Below, one piece after another: positions 19,930 to 30,626 of a DNA stretch of 64,000 bases; position 1 is the first letter of the stretch, and each line of letters opens with the position of its first letter. Below the pieces are notes generated by a model. That model was not told the DNA's origin, searched no databases, and was given only the letters and a program-made list of their open reading frames with translations. The DNA comes from Candidatus Peregrinibacteria bacterium (GTDB lineage Bacteria > Patescibacteriota > Gracilibacteria > UBA1369 > UBA12473), in the NCBI GenBank assembly GCA_018659585.1, contig JABJMC010000022.1, positions 9,104-73,103 on the forward strand, read 5' to 3'. The position numbers and the translations under genes are program-made.

Positions 19930-20565
19930 ATGAGAAGTGTAAACAAAGTTATCTTAATTGGTAACGTCACACGAGACCCTGAACTCCGCCAAACTCAAAG
20001 CGGGCAATCCGTTTGTACTTTTGGTTTAGCTACCAACCGTGAATGGGTCACTTCAGACAGTCGCAAAAAATCATCCGCTGAATATCACGAAGTTGTAGCC
20101 TGGGCTCAATTAGCTGACATTTGTGATAAATACGTTCGTAAAGGAAAACTTCTTTACATCGAAGGTTACCTTAAAACTCGCAGCTGGGACACTCCAGAGG
20201 GTATTCGCAAATTCAAAACCGAAGTTGTTATTCAAGACATGATTATGCTTGAAAAACGTAGCGATGCTGATGGTATAGATACTGAATTTGCTGGCTCTGG
20301 TGCTACCATAAATGATTATGATGACTATCAAGAAACTCCTGCTCCAGCCGAAGAAGCAGCCAAAGATGATGAAGAAACTAAGACTGAAACTGAAACCGAA
20401 GCAAACGAATCAGTCGAAGAAACTTCGACCGAAACTCCAACTGAAGAACCAGCCAAAGATGATAAAAAAGATGATGACGATGATGATGATGATGATGACG
20501 ACGATAAAGATAAGGAAGAAGAGAAAAAAGAAGAAAGCTTAATTGACGCTGACTTTGGCCTCTAA
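19930..20565 (+). CDS. ssb: Single-stranded DNA-binding protein with long acidic tail
   Basis: SVNKVILIGNVTRDPELR, FGLATNR, KGKLLYIEGYLKTRSW. Confidence 0.92.
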   Translation: MRSVNKVILIGNVTRDPELRQTQSGQSVCTFGLATNREWVTSDSRKKSSAEYHEVVAWAQLADICDKYVRKGKLLYIEGYLKTRSWDTPEGIRKFKTEVVIQDMIMLEKRSDADGIDTEFAGSGATINDYDDYQETPAPAEEAAKDDEETKTETETEANESVEETSTETPTEEPAKDDKKDDDDDDDDDDDDKDKEEEKKEESLIDADFGL

Positions 20566-20599
20566 ATTTTATTCCTCGCTCTAAATAACTCCTCTTTAT

Positions 20600-23500
20600 A
20601 TGGCAAAACCTGCACCAATTGATTTCAAAGGAATTGCGATCTCCGTCGCTTCCCCAGAAGAAATCCTATCTTGGTCTCACGGTGAAGTTAAAAAACCAGA
20701 GACCATTAATTACCGCACCCAAAAACCAGAACGGGACGGTCTTTTCTGTGAAAAGATTTTCGGCCCAACTAAAAACTGGGAATGTTACTGTGGAAAATAC
20801 AAACGCATCCGCTATAAAGGTGTGATTTGTGAAAAATGTGGCGTTGAAGTGGCCCGCTCTATTGTTCGTCGTGAACGTATGGCTCACATCAAACTCGCTG
20901 TCCCGGTAACTCACATTTGGTTTTTAAGATCAACTCCAAGTCGAATTGGTCTTCTTTTAAACCTTCCTGTAAAAACTATCGAACAAGTTGTTTATTTTGC
21001 TGCTTACATCGTCACGCAGGTCGATGAAAAAGCTAAAGAGGAAACCATTGAACAACTTAAAGAAGAATTTAAAACCTACAAGAAAAAAATTCAAAAAGAG
21101 TTCAAAGCCAAACTATCCGTCACCAAAGATGAAGATGCCCAAGCCCTTGTTGAACAAGAACTTGCAACTGAATTAGAAGAATTAACTTCTAAGCACAGCA
21201 CTGCCCGCGATGAACTTAATTCTTTAGATTCCGGAAATGTTCTTAGCGAGCTTTCTTATCGCGATATGTCCATGAAATTTGGTCACGTATTCAAAGCTGG
21301 CACTGGTGCTGAAGCCATTCGAGATGTGGTTAGACATATGAATCTTGAAGAACAGGCTAAAAGCCTTCGTGAACAACTTAAGAAATCTAGTGGTCAAAAG
21401 CACAAAAAACTCACCAAACGTCTCAAATTTGTTGGGAGTTTAATGAAAGCAGAAATCAAACCAGAATGGATGGTTTTGACTGTTCTACCAGTTATTCCAC
21501 CAGATTTAAGGCCTATGGTTCAGTTAGACGGCGGACGATTTGCCGCTTCAGATCTCAACGACTTATACCGCCGGGTTATCAATCGTAATAACCGTCTCAA
21601 ACGGTTAATGTCCATTGGTGCTCCAGAAGTAATTTGTCGTAACGAAAAACGTATGCTGCAAGAGGCTGTAGATGCCCTTCTTAATAATAGTGCTCGTCAA
21701 AGCCGCACTGTTTTCAATACCGGAGATAAACGTAAATTACGTTCTCTTTCTGACATGTTAAAAGGTAAACAAGGACGTTTCCGCCAAAACTTGCTTGGAA
21801 AACGTGTTGATTACTCTGGTCGTTCCGTAATTGTGATTGGACCTAAACTTAAACTTCACCAGTGTGGTTTACCAAAAACCATGGCTTTAGAACTTTTCAA
21901 ACCCTTTGTAATTGGTCAACTTATTAGAGATGGCTACGCTCACAATATTAAAAACGCTGAACGCTTAATCACAGCCAGTAAACGTGAAGTTTGGGATATT
22001 TTAGAAAAAATCACCAAAAATCACTACGTTCTCTTAAACCGTGCTCCTACCCTTCACCGTCTTGGTATTCAGGCTTTCCAGCCAGTACTTGTAGAAGGTA
22101 AAGCCATTATGGTTCACCCGCTAGTTTGTGCTGCTTTTAACGCTGACTTTGATGGAGATCAAATGGCGGTTCATGTGCCTCTTTCCAAAAGAGCCCAAGA
22201 AGAAGCAGGAAGCCTTATGCTTTCTTGTAAAAATCTTCTCAAACCATCAGCTGGAGAACCGATTGTTAATCCAACTCAAGATATGGTGTTGGGATGTTAC
22301 TTCTTAACCCAAATTCATCCTGGCAAAAAAGGTGAAGGCATGATCTTTTCCGGATTCGAAGAAGCTCTTATTGCTTACCAAATGGGACATGTTCACCTGC
22401 AAGCTATTATCAAAGCTCGCGTAAATGGAGAAATCATTGAAACCTCAGTTGGACGACTTATTTTCAACGACACTATTCCAGAGGGTATGGAATACATCAA
22501 CAAACCCATGACCAAAAAAGCACTCCTAAATGCTATTGCGCGATGTTACAACGAACTTGGCGAAGAAAAAACCGCTGAAATGGCCGATGAAATTAAGAAG
22601 GCCGGTTTTGAATACGCTACTTTATCAGGACTTTCAATTAGTGCTTCGGACATGGTTGTTCCCAAGGAAAAGGATAAAATCGTAGACAATGCCTCTGAAA
22701 TTATTAAAAATATTAATAATCAATTTTGGAAAGGCTTAGTTACTGATCGTGAACGCTATGAGCACACCATTAAACTATGGTCTCAAACCAAAGTAGATAT
22801 TGCTAAAATAATGATTAAAAACTTTAAGCCAGAAAACGATATTTTCTACACCATTGACTCTGGCGCTCGTGGTAACTGGGGACAAATTACTCAGCTTTGT
22901 GGAATGAAAGGATTGGTGGCTAATCCAGCTGGTGAAACTATTGAACTTCCAATCAAATCTAACCTCAAAGAAGGATTCTCAATTCTTGAATACTTTATTG
23001 CCACGCATGGTGGACGTAAAGGTAAATCTGATACTGCTCTTAAAACAGCGGAAGCTGGTTACTTAACACGTCGTTTAGTAGATGCTGTGCAAGATGTTGT
23101 TATTAAAGAATATGATTGTGGATCACGTAATGAGCATCTTATTACTAGAAAGCAAAGTGACGAAATTGGTGAAGATTATGAAAAACGAATTTATGGTCGT
23201 GTTCTTATTTACAACCTTAAAGATCCAAAAACCGGCAAAACCATTGCCAAAAAGAACACGGGGATTGGTCACCAACTTGTTGATCAAATCAAAGAGCTTG
23301 GTATTGATGAAATGATTGTACGTGACGTAATGAGTTGCCGTTCGCCTAAGGGTATTTGCCAAATGTGTTACGGCCGAGACTTAGGTACTAATGAGGCAGT
23401 AGACATTGGAACTGCGGTTGGAATTATTGCGGCTCAAAGTATTGGTGAGCCAGGAACTCAGCTTACGATGCGTACCTTCCACATGGGTGGTGTTGCGGAA

Positions 23501-24397
23501 GGTTCTGATATTACTCAAGGTCTAACTCGAGTAGAAGAACTTTTTGAAGCCAGACCACCAAAAAAACCGGCTATCCTCTCCCAAAACAAAGGGAAAGTTA
23601 AAATTACTCGCCGTTCGGGTAATATTGACATTTCTATTATTGCGGACGAAGAAATGCAAAAAACTTATCTTGTTTCTTCAGGCATGGAAGTCTTTGTAAA
23701 AGCTAAGGACAAATTTAAGAAAAAAGAAGTTCTTGCTAAAAACCCTGAGAACAAAAGCAGTGTTAAAGCCGAAGAAGCTGGCACAGTAGTAAAAGTAACC
23801 AAAGACAGCATTATCATTAAATCAGATGAAGCGGTTGAGGAAACTTACAAACTTCCTACCGGAAGAGCAGCTCTTGTTAAGAACAATGATCTTGTTGGTC
23901 CTGGTCAACCACTAACTACTGGACATCTTAATCTACGTGAACTAATGAGTCTTAATGGCTTGGCAGCGTCTCAAAAATACCTCCTAAACGAGGTTCAAAG
24001 TATTTACGCTGCTCAAGGTCAAAAAATTAACGACAAACACATTGAAATCATTATTCGCCAAATGTTCTCCAAAATTCGCATTTTAGAGTCTAATGACTCT
24101 AAATATCTCCCTGGTGAAATTATTGACTTCCTTGTATTCGAAGACACTAACGCTAAGCTCAAGAAAAAGAAAAAAACACTTGCCACCGGAGAACGTCTTT
24201 TGCTTGGATTAACCCGTATTTCTCTTCAAACCGATAGTTGGCTTTCTGCTGCTTCTTTCCAAGAAACCATTCGTGTCTTGGTTGAAGCTTCTACAACTCG
24301 TAAGATCGATAACTTACAAGGATTAAAAGAAAACGTCATTATCGGTAAACTTATTCCAGCTGGCGCCACCTATCGTCGCCTTAACAATTTGGAATAA
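20600..24397 (+). CDS. rpoC: RNA polymerase beta' subunit
   Basis: Zn finger CYCGKYK...[37 protein letters not shown]. Confidence 0.98.
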   Translation: MAKPAPIDFKGIAISVASPEEILSWSHGEVKKPETINYRTQKPERDGLFCEKIFGPTKNWECYCGKYKRIRYKGVICEKCGVEVARSIVRRERMAHIKLAVPVTHIWFLRSTPSRIGLLLNLPVKTIEQVVYFAAYIVTQVDEKAKEETIEQLKEEFKTYKKKIQKEFKAKLSVTKDEDAQALVEQELATELEELTSKHSTARDELNSLDSGNVLSELSYRDMSMKFGHVFKAGTGAEAIRDVVRHMNLEEQAKSLREQLKKSSGQKHKKLTKRLKFVGSLMKAEIKPEWMVLTVLPVIPPDLRPMVQLDGGRFAASDLNDLYRRVINRNNRLKRLMSIGAPEVICRNEKRMLQEAVDALLNNSARQSRTVFNTGDKRKLRSLSDMLKGKQGRFRQNLLGKRVDYSGRSVIVIGPKLKLHQCGLPKTMALELFKPFVIGQLIRDGYAHNIKNAERLITASKREVWDILEKITKNHYVLLNRAPTLHRLGIQAFQPVLVEGKAIMVHPLVCAAFNADFDGDQMAVHVPLSKRAQEEAGSLMLSCKNLLKPSAGEPIVNPTQDMVLGCYFLTQIHPGKKGEGMIFSGFEEALIAYQMGHVHLQAIIKARVNGEIIETSVGRLIFNDTIPEGMEYINKPMTKKALLNAIARCYNELGEEKTAEMADEIKKAGFEYATLSGLSISASDMVVPKEKDKIVDNASEIIKNINNQFWKGLVTDRERYEHTIKLWSQTKVDIAKIMIKNFKPENDIFYTIDSGARGNWGQITQLCGMKGLVANPAGETIELPIKSNLKEGFSILEYFIATHGGRKGKSDTALKTAEAGYLTRRLVDAVQDVVIKEYDCGSRNEHLITRKQSDEIGEDYEKRIYGRVLIYNLKDPKTGKTIAKKNTGIGHQLVDQIKELGIDEMIVRDVMSCRSPKGICQMCYGRDLGTNEAVDIGTAVGIIAAQSIGEPGTQLTMRTFHMGGVAEGSDITQGLTRVEELFEARPPKKPAILSQNKGKVKITRRSGNIDISIIADEEMQKTYLVSSGMEVFVKAKDKFKKKEVLAKNPENKSSVKAEEAGTVVKVTKDSIIIKSDEAVEETYKLPTGRAALVKNNDLVGPGQPLTTGHLNLRELMSLNGLAASQKYLLNEVQSIYAAQGQKINDKHIEIIIRQMFSKIRILESNDSKYLPGEIIDFLVFEDTNAKLKKKKKTLATGERLLLGLTRISLQTDSWLSAASFQETIRVLVEASTTRKIDNLQGLKENVIIGKLIPAGATYRRLNNLE

Positions 24398-24471
24398 TAG
24401 CTTGCGCTTAAGGAAAAAATCCGTTAAAAGAGACGAGCGCAAAAAAATCTAATATCACTTAGTTAAATCTT

Positions 24472-24885
24472 ATGCCTACGATCAATCAACTCATCCGTAA
24501 ATCACGGAAATCGCCGAAGAAGAAAAGTAAATCTCCGGCTATGCAATGGATTTTTAATACTCTTAAAAATCGTTCTACTAAGCTTAGCTGTCCTCAAAAA
24601 AGAGGTGTCTGTGTGAAAGTAACAACTATGACACCAAAAAAACCGAACTCTGCCTTGCGTAAAATTGCTCGTGTTCGTTTAACCAATGGTATTGAAGTTA
24701 ACGCTTACATCCCTGGTGAAGGTCACAATCTCCAAGAACACTCGGTTGTAACTATTCGTGGTGGTCGTGTAAAAGATCTACCTGGTGTGCGTTACCATAT
24801 TGTTCGTGGAACACTTGATACTCAAGGTGTTGCCGATCGTAAACAATCACGTTCTGTTTACGGTACTAAACGACCAAAAAACTAA
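24472..24885 (+). CDS. rpsL: 30S ribosomal protein S12
   Basis: [31 protein letters not shown]. Confidence 0.98.
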   Translation: MPTINQLIRKSRKSPKKKSKSPAMQWIFNTLKNRSTKLSCPQKRGVCVKVTTMTPKKPNSALRKIARVRLTNGIEVNAYIPGEGHNLQEHSVVTIRGGRVKDLPGVRYHIVRGTLDTQGVADRKQSRSVYGTKRPKN

Positions 24886-24909
24886 ACTTATCTAACCTTT
24901 CTTTAAAAA

Positions 24910-25365
24910 ATGGCCCAACGAATTCATAGACATATCCCAGAAGACTCCAATCCTCTACAAGAAAAATTCATCAACTACATTATGCTTGATGGAAAAAAGA
25001 GTATTGCCCGTACAATTTTTAAAGACGTCATGGACGAAATTAAAAAGAAAGGTCACAAAAACCCAGAAACAATTTTTGAAAAAGCAATTGAAACAGTTGA
25101 ACCATCTATGGAAGTTCGCCCCAAGCGTATTGGTGGCGCGGTTTACCAAATTCCAATGGAGGTAAAACCAAAAAGACGAATCATGTTATCTTTCCGTTGG
25201 ATTCTAAGCGCTGCCCGCAAAGAAAAAGGATCTCCAGTTGCCGTTCGTATTGCTCGTCAATTACTAGATGCTTCCGAAGGAATCGGGGCCGCTGTTAAAA
25301 AGAAAGAAGACACTCACAAAATGGCTGCAGCTAACAAAGCGTTTGCTCACTACGCAAGGTACTAA
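24910..25365 (+). CDS. rpsG: 30S ribosomal protein S7
   Basis: IMLDGKKS, RIGGAVYQIP, HKMAAANKAFAHY. Confidence 0.97.
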   Translation: MAQRIHRHIPEDSNPLQEKFINYIMLDGKKSIARTIFKDVMDEIKKKGHKNPETIFEKAIETVEPSMEVRPKRIGGAVYQIPMEVKPKRRIMLSFRWILSAARKEKGSPVAVRIARQLLDASEGIGAAVKKKEDTHKMAAANKAFAHYARY

Positions 25366-25565
25366 CACGCGAAGAGAATGAAATTCTAGTTCGCGCAGCG
25401 CAGCGCCTGAAAAGGCGCAAGCAACCTTTGTATTAAACCATTTTTAAACCTGTGAGTTTATTCGCGGTGGAGCGAATATCCCCGTTCATCTTTTTTTAAT
25501 TTTCATTTCATTTTTTTGTTAAATTTCCTTCATCTCATTTTGTTAACCTTAAATTGTTCAAGCCT

Positions 25566-25636
25566 GGGGGTGGTGCGGACACGTTGAAAGATTTGACATC
25601 TATTCAACAGGGGTTCAACTCCCCTCGCCTCCACCA
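25566..25636 (+). ncRNA. 71-nt tRNA-like RNA resembling the tmRNA tRNA-like domain (G3.U70, A73, CCA) without an mRNA-like domain
   Basis: Acceptor GGGGGTG/CGCCTCC-ACCA; T-arm AGGGG-TTCAACT-CCCCT; internal hairpin GTTGAAAGAT-TTGAC-ATCTATTCAAC; no U8. Confidence 0.7.
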
Positions 25637-25648
25637 CTTGAACATAAT

Positions 25649-25680
25649 GAAAAGGGCCTCCAAAATTGGGGGCTCTTTTC
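25649..25680 (+). terminator. Intrinsic terminator-like hairpin after the tRNA-like RNA
   Basis: GAAAAGGGCCTCCA-AAAT-TGGGGGCTCTTTTC, 14 bp including two G.U pairs on the + strand. Confidence 0.7.
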
Positions 25681-25738
25681 GATGGTGCGTTGAAAGATTT
25701 GACGTTTAAATTATAGCTCAAATACAACAAAAGTTCAA

Positions 25739-26277
25739 CGCTTGAGGAGAAAATATCGCTCACATTCTTTGGGGAATCCGCCAAATTGCGGAAGACCCCA
25801 CAGACAACAGAAGAACGATTTTTTTGGCAGCGATCAGAGAAGATCAGGCGGTATTGGGAAATAATGGTAACGAAAAATTATCACTAGCATCATCCCAATC
25901 CCCAGCGGTAACCCAAAAATTATCACCGGGACGCCAACAACTATCGTAATCCAATTCTCAGAGCTGCTTTCAGTCACCAAGGGGGAATACATAGCCGCCC
26001 GGCCCATTAACATCACCATTAACCCTCCCAGAGAAGACATACCGATCACCGACAAAGAGCTATCCGTCAGCCAGAACCGCACCACGCTGGCTTTCATCGC
26101 GAAACCAAAAAACACCGCGATGCCAACATTTCCCAGCCAGGCATAGTCAGTCCCTGCCACCAAATAACAACCGATCAGAGCCAAAACCAGCACCACCACG
26201 GCCTCCACCACCGACACGTACCAATACGCTTTCATTTCCTTGCCCCTTCGTTGTTTACGAACTTTTCTCCTCAAGCG
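25739..26277. repeat. Perfect 15-bp inverted repeat pair (25739-25753 / 26263-26277) bracketing a membrane-protein gene
   Basis: CGCTTGAGGAGAAAA ... TTTTCTCCTCAAGCG. Confidence 0.9.
25834..26235 (-). CDS. Hypothetical 4-TM membrane protein (133 aa), GC-rich codon usage
   Basis: ATG preceded by GGGGCAAGGAA; four hydrophobic segments; many G/C-ending codons. Confidence 0.7.
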   Translation of the reverse strand: MKAYWYVSVVEAVVVLVLALIGCYLVAGTDYAWLGNVGIAVFFGFAMKASVVRFWLTDSSLSVIGMSSLGGLMVMLMGRAAMYSPLVTESSSENWITIVVGVPVIIFGLPLGIGMMLVIIFRYHYFPIPPDLL

Positions 26278-26524
26278 AACTATACTAATGGCTAGGCGAA
26301 ATAAGCACCTGCCCAAAACTTGGCCAGAACTCAAAATCTACCCTACCATAAGATAATCCGCTTAAAGTCTAATTTTCAAAGATCCGGATCCACCCCAGAT
26401 CTAAAATTGGCCTCAACCCTACCCCAAAAAACCAAAACCTGTCAACGCACGACTACTTCAGCCTGTTGCTCCCCCTCTATTTCTCCTGTAAACTTGTCGG
26501 CGTACAAATTTAAACCCTCCAACA

Positions 26525-27043
26525 ATGAAAATCCGTAATATCTTCCCCCTAGCCCTAATCGGAGCCTCTGCTCTTTTTATGACTGGTTGTTTAGATGATG
26601 GCTCTCTTTCCACCATTGAATACAACAATACAGTGGTTGAAACTTTAAACAGCACCTCTGCAGTTATTGAAGAAACTACTGATTCCTATGATTTAAGTGT
26701 TCCCAACATTGTCACCGAAGAATCTGAAATCGACACCACTGACATGGAAACAGCCCTTCTATCTGCTCAAGCCAAAGTCACCGAAGCCAAAACAGTACTC
26801 GACTTAATTAGTAAAAACGCTGAACAACAAGAAGCAGTTATGGCCGAATTTACAAATTATCTTGAACTAGGTGAAGCTTACGTTGTTATTTACGAAACTG
26901 TTACAACCTACTATTCTGCCCAAGAATACATTGAAAGCCTCGACCTAGTAGCTGAATACGACGAGTCTTTACACTCTGGATACAATGACTTTATTGATTC
27001 CAATAATACTCTCGTCGATATTTTAGCTAGTTATATTGAATAA
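26525..27043 (+). CDS. Putative acidic helical lipoprotein
   Basis: Signal peptide with lipobox LFMTG-C. Confidence 0.7.
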   Translation: MKIRNIFPLALIGASALFMTGCLDDGSLSTIEYNNTVVETLNSTSAVIEETTDSYDLSVPNIVTEESEIDTTDMETALLSAQAKVTEAKTVLDLISKNAEQQEAVMAEFTNYLELGEAYVVIYETVTTYYSAQEYIESLDLVAEYDESLHSGYNDFIDSNNTLVDILASYIE

Positions 27044-27062
27044 AATCCGACTCTTAAGAACC

Positions 27063-27090
27063 TTGACTTTACCCATTCAAACCCTATAAT
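27063..27090 (+). promoter_or_regulatory. fusA promoter TTGACT-N16-TATAAT
   Basis: Near-consensus boxes 52 nt upstream of the fusA ATG. Confidence 0.7.
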
Positions 27091-27142
27091 GCTTCCGCTT
27101 TATAAAGGCATTTGATTTACTAAATCTTAAAAAAAATCACTC

Positions 27143-29239
27143 ATGTCAGAAGATCTAAATTTCCTCCGCAATATTGGTATTTGTGCTCATATTGATGCTG
27201 GTAAAACAACTGTTACCGAACGTATCTTATTCTATACTGGTAAAAGCCATAAAATTGGTGAAGTTCACGAAGGTGAAGCCACCATGGACTGGATGGAACA
27301 AGAACAAGAACGTGGTATTACCATTACTTCGGCTTGTACCACTTGTTTCTGGACACCAATACACGGCGAAACCGAAAAACACCGTATCAACATTATCGAT
27401 ACTCCGGGACACGTAGATTTCACCATGGAAGTAGAACGCGCGCTTCGCGTGCTTGATGGCGCAGTGGTTGTTTTTGATGGCTCTCAAGGTGTTGAGCCTC
27501 AATCTGAGACTGTTTGGAGACAAGCTGATCGCTATGAAGTACCTCGAATGGCTTTTGTTAACAAAATGGACAAAACCGGTGGTGATTTTTACATGAGTTT
27601 AGATTCGATTCACGAAAGACTTAACAAAGACGCAGTTGCAATTCAACTTCCAATTGGAGAAGAAAACAACTTTAGTGGAGTTATTGATCTTCTAACTCAA
27701 AAAGCCTACACCTTTGATGGAAAAATGGGCGAAAATGTGATTGAAATTGAAGTTCCAGCTGACATGAAAGAAAAAGTTAAAGAATACCGCGCTATCCTAA
27801 TCGAACGAATTTCCGAAACCGATGACGACCTTATGGAGAAATATTTAAGTGACGAAGAACCAACTCTCGTGGAACTCAAAAAAGCGCTTCGCAAAGCAAC
27901 TATCTCCTTCCAATTAATTCCAGTTCTTTGTGGAACTGCTCTCCAAAACAAAGGAGCGCAGTTATTACTAGACGCTGTCTGTGATTTTCTTCCTTCACCA
28001 ATGGATTTACCTCCTGTTAAAGGAACCAAGCCAAACTCCGAAGAAGAAGCCAGCCGCGAACTTACCGAAGACGCTCCATTCTCTGCTCTTGCCTTCAAAA
28101 TCGCAACTGACCCTTACATTGGTAAACTTTGTTTCTTACGTGTGTATTCTGGAAAACTTGAATCTGGAAGTTACGTTTACAACTCCTCTACCGATCAAAA
28201 AGAACGAATCGGTCGTTTAGTTCAAATGCACTCCAACTCTCGTGAAGAAATCAAAGAAGTTAAAGCTGGTGACATTGTAGCGGCCGTTGGTCTGAAAAAA
28301 ACCACTACTGGTAACACTCTTTGTGACGACAAGAATACAATCATTCTAGAGTCCATGGACTTCCCAGAACCAGTTATTGATATTGCGATTGAGCCTAAGA
28401 CTAAGGCTGACCAAGAAAAAATGGGTATTGCCCTTCAAAAATTGGCTGAAGAAGATCCAACTTTCCGTGTTCACACTGATGACGAAACCGGTCAAACCAT
28501 TATCGGTGGTATGGGAGAACTTCACTTAGATATTATTGTTGATCGCATGCGTCGTGAATTCAAAGTAGAAGCCAATGTTGGTCAACCACAAGTTGCCTAC
28601 CGCGAAACTATTCAAAAAGAAGTTAAAGCCGAAGAAAAATATTCCAAACAAACTGGTGGTCGTGGTCAATATGGTCACGTTTTGATGAAAATCTCACCTA
28701 ACGAACCTGGTAAAGGCTTCGAATTCGTTAACTCTATTGTTGGCGGAAAAATTCCAAAAGAGTTTATCAACCCCGTTCAAAAAGGTGTTGAACAAGCTAT
28801 GACTCGCGGTATTGTCGCCGGATATCAAGTTGTTGATGTTAAGGTCGAACTTTACGATGGTTCTTACCATGATGTTGACTCCTCTGAAATGTCGTTTAAG
28901 ACCGCTGGTTCTATCTGTTTCCGTGATGGGGCTCGCGCCGCTAACCCCGTTATTCTAGAACCAATCATGAAAGTTGAAGCCATTACCCCCGAAAATTATA
29001 TGGGTGATGTAATGGGTGATCTAAACTCTCGCCGTGGTCAAATTCAAGAAATGGGAGATCGCGGACAAGCTAAATTCATCCGGGCTCTTGTTCCACTTTC
29101 TGAAATGTTTGGCTACGCTACTGACCTTCGCTCTATGACTCAAGGTCGAGCCAGTTACTCAATGGAGTTCGAACAATACGAAAAAGCACCTAAAAACGTT
29201 ACTGAAAAAATTAAGGCTGATAAAGGGATTACCGCTTAA
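27143..29239 (+). CDS. fusA: Elongation factor G
   Basis: [48 protein letters not shown]. Confidence 0.98.
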   Translation: MSEDLNFLRNIGICAHIDAGKTTVTERILFYTGKSHKIGEVHEGEATMDWMEQEQERGITITSACTTCFWTPIHGETEKHRINIIDTPGHVDFTMEVERALRVLDGAVVVFDGSQGVEPQSETVWRQADRYEVPRMAFVNKMDKTGGDFYMSLDSIHERLNKDAVAIQLPIGEENNFSGVIDLLTQKAYTFDGKMGENVIEIEVPADMKEKVKEYRAILIERISETDDDLMEKYLSDEEPTLVELKKALRKATISFQLIPVLCGTALQNKGAQLLLDAVCDFLPSPMDLPPVKGTKPNSEEEASRELTEDAPFSALAFKIATDPYIGKLCFLRVYSGKLESGSYVYNSSTDQKERIGRLVQMHSNSREEIKEVKAGDIVAAVGLKKTTTGNTLCDDKNTIILESMDFPEPVIDIAIEPKTKADQEKMGIALQKLAEEDPTFRVHTDDETGQTIIGGMGELHLDIIVDRMRREFKVEANVGQPQVAYRETIQKEVKAEEKYSKQTGGRGQYGHVLMKISPNEPGKGFEFVNSIVGGKIPKEFINPVQKGVEQAMTRGIVAGYQVVDVKVELYDGSYHDVDSSEMSFKTAGSICFRDGARAANPVILEPIMKVEAITPENYMGDVMGDLNSRRGQIQEMGDRGQAKFIRALVPLSEMFGYATDLRSMTQGRASYSMEFEQYEKAPKNVTEKIKADKGITA

Positions 29240-29290
29240 ACATAACCACAATCCCCTTTTTAAAAACCACTAAAATATCACAAAATTGTC

Positions 29291-29319
29291 TTGCATCGTT
29301 TTCTTGATTCGAGTATAGT
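29291..29319 (+). promoter_or_regulatory. tuf promoter TTGCAT-N17-TATAGT
   Basis: Read directly upstream of tuf. Confidence 0.55.
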
Positions 29320-29384
29320 CTTCCCGCGTTTGCATTTCAGATGCAATCCATTCGCAAATTAAATAACCCTAACCTTTACCCGCA

Positions 29385-30575
29385 ATGTCAGACACATTCC
29401 AACGTACAAAGCCTCACGTGAATGTTGGTACAATCGGTCACGTTGACCACGGTAAGACAACTCTTACTGCGGCCATGACTATTGTTGCTAACAAGAAATT
29501 CGGTGGGCTTAACAAAGCTGTAGCTTTCGATCAAATCGATAACGCTCCAGAAGAACGCGAACGTGGTATCACAATCGCAACCTCTCACCAAGAGTATGAG
29601 ACTGAAAAACGTCACTACGCTCACGTTGATTGTCCAGGTCACGCCGACTATATCAAGAACATGATTACTGGGGCCGCCCAAATGGACGGTGCTATTTTAG
29701 TTTGTTCCGCTGCTGACGGCCCAATGCCACAAACCCGTGAACACATCTTGCTTGCTCGCCAAGTTATGGTGCCAGCTGTTGTCGTCTTCCTTAATAAAAT
29801 GGATATGGCAGACGAAGAAATCGCTGAACTTTCCGAAATGGAAATTCGTGAACTACTTACTAAATATGGATTCCCAGGTGATGACACTCCAATTATCAAA
29901 GGATCCGCTCTTAAGGCCCTCGAAAACCCAGATGACGAAGCTGCAATTGCTCCAATCATCGAACTATTCGAAGCTCTTGATAATTTCATTCCAGAGCCAA
30001 CTCGTGAATTAGACAAACCATTTCTTATGCCTGTTGAGGATGTTTTCTCAATTAAAGGTCGTGGAACTGTGGCTACTGGTCGTATTGAACAAGGTATTGT
30101 TAAAACTAGTGAAGAAGTTGAAATCATTGGAATCAAAGATACTCGAAAAGTTATTGTTACTGGTGTTGAAATGTTCAAGAAACTTCTTGATCAAGGTCAA
30201 GCTGGTGATAACGTTGGCCTACTACTACGTGGAATCGAGCGTGAAGAAATCGAACGTGGACAAGTTATTGCTAAACCAGGTTCAATTACTCCTCACACTA
30301 AATTCGACTCCGAGGTTTATGTTCTAGCCAAAGAAGAAGGTGGACGAGACACTCCTTTCTTCAAGGGTTACAAACCTCAATTTTACATTCGAACAACCGA
30401 CGTTACCGGTACTATCGAACTCCCTGACGGAGTAGAGATGGTTATGCCTGGTGATAATATCAAAATGGTTGTTTCTCTTGGATCACCTATCGCGCTTGAC
30501 GAAGGTACTCGCTTCGCTATTCGTGAAGGAGGCCGCACTGTTGGTGCTGGTGTTGTAACCAAGATTCTTGAATAA
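29385..30575 (+). CDS. tuf: Elongation factor Tu
   Basis: [30 protein letters not shown]. Confidence 0.98.
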   Translation: MSDTFQRTKPHVNVGTIGHVDHGKTTLTAAMTIVANKKFGGLNKAVAFDQIDNAPEERERGITIATSHQEYETEKRHYAHVDCPGHADYIKNMITGAAQMDGAILVCSAADGPMPQTREHILLARQVMVPAVVVFLNKMDMADEEIAELSEMEIRELLTKYGFPGDDTPIIKGSALKALENPDDEAAIAPIIELFEALDNFIPEPTRELDKPFLMPVEDVFSIKGRGTVATGRIEQGIVKTSEEVEIIGIKDTRKVIVTGVEMFKKLLDQGQAGDNVGLLLRGIEREEIERGQVIAKPGSITPHTKFDSEVYVLAKEEGGRDTPFFKGYKPQFYIRTTDVTGTIELPDGVEMVMPGDNIKMVVSLGSPIALDEGTRFAIREGGRTVGAGVVTKILE

Positions 30576-30594
30576 GAGCTGAAGAAATAAATTT

Positions 30595-30625
30595 AAAAGC
30601 CCCTGCCGAAAGGTAGGGGTTTTTT
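30595..30625 (+). terminator. Intrinsic terminator after tuf (probably bidirectional)
   Basis: AAAAGCCCCTGCC-GAAA-GGTAGGGGTTTTTT. Confidence 0.85.
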
Positions 30626-30626
30626 G

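Noticed and set aside
25566..25636. Canonical tRNA (Ser-TGA or Ala)
   Set aside because: No U8/A14, no normal D-arm or variable region, C at the position-37 equivalent and an over-long anticodon arm; the acceptor has Ala rather than Ser identity
25609..25636. Simple attR duplication of a tmRNA 3' end from an integrated element
   Set aside because: The matching 5' acceptor strand is also present and pairs fully, and no integrase is nearby; a decayed ssrA copy is not fully excluded
25530..25784. 84-aa minus-strand ORF
   Set aside because: Antisense to the tRNA-like RNA and terminator; TTG start; G.U pairs favour plus-strand RNA
16326..30575. Inteins, introns or frameshifts in rpoB, rpoC, fusA or tuf
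   Set aside because: Uninterrupted ORFs of normal or slightly compact length with no splice motifs seen
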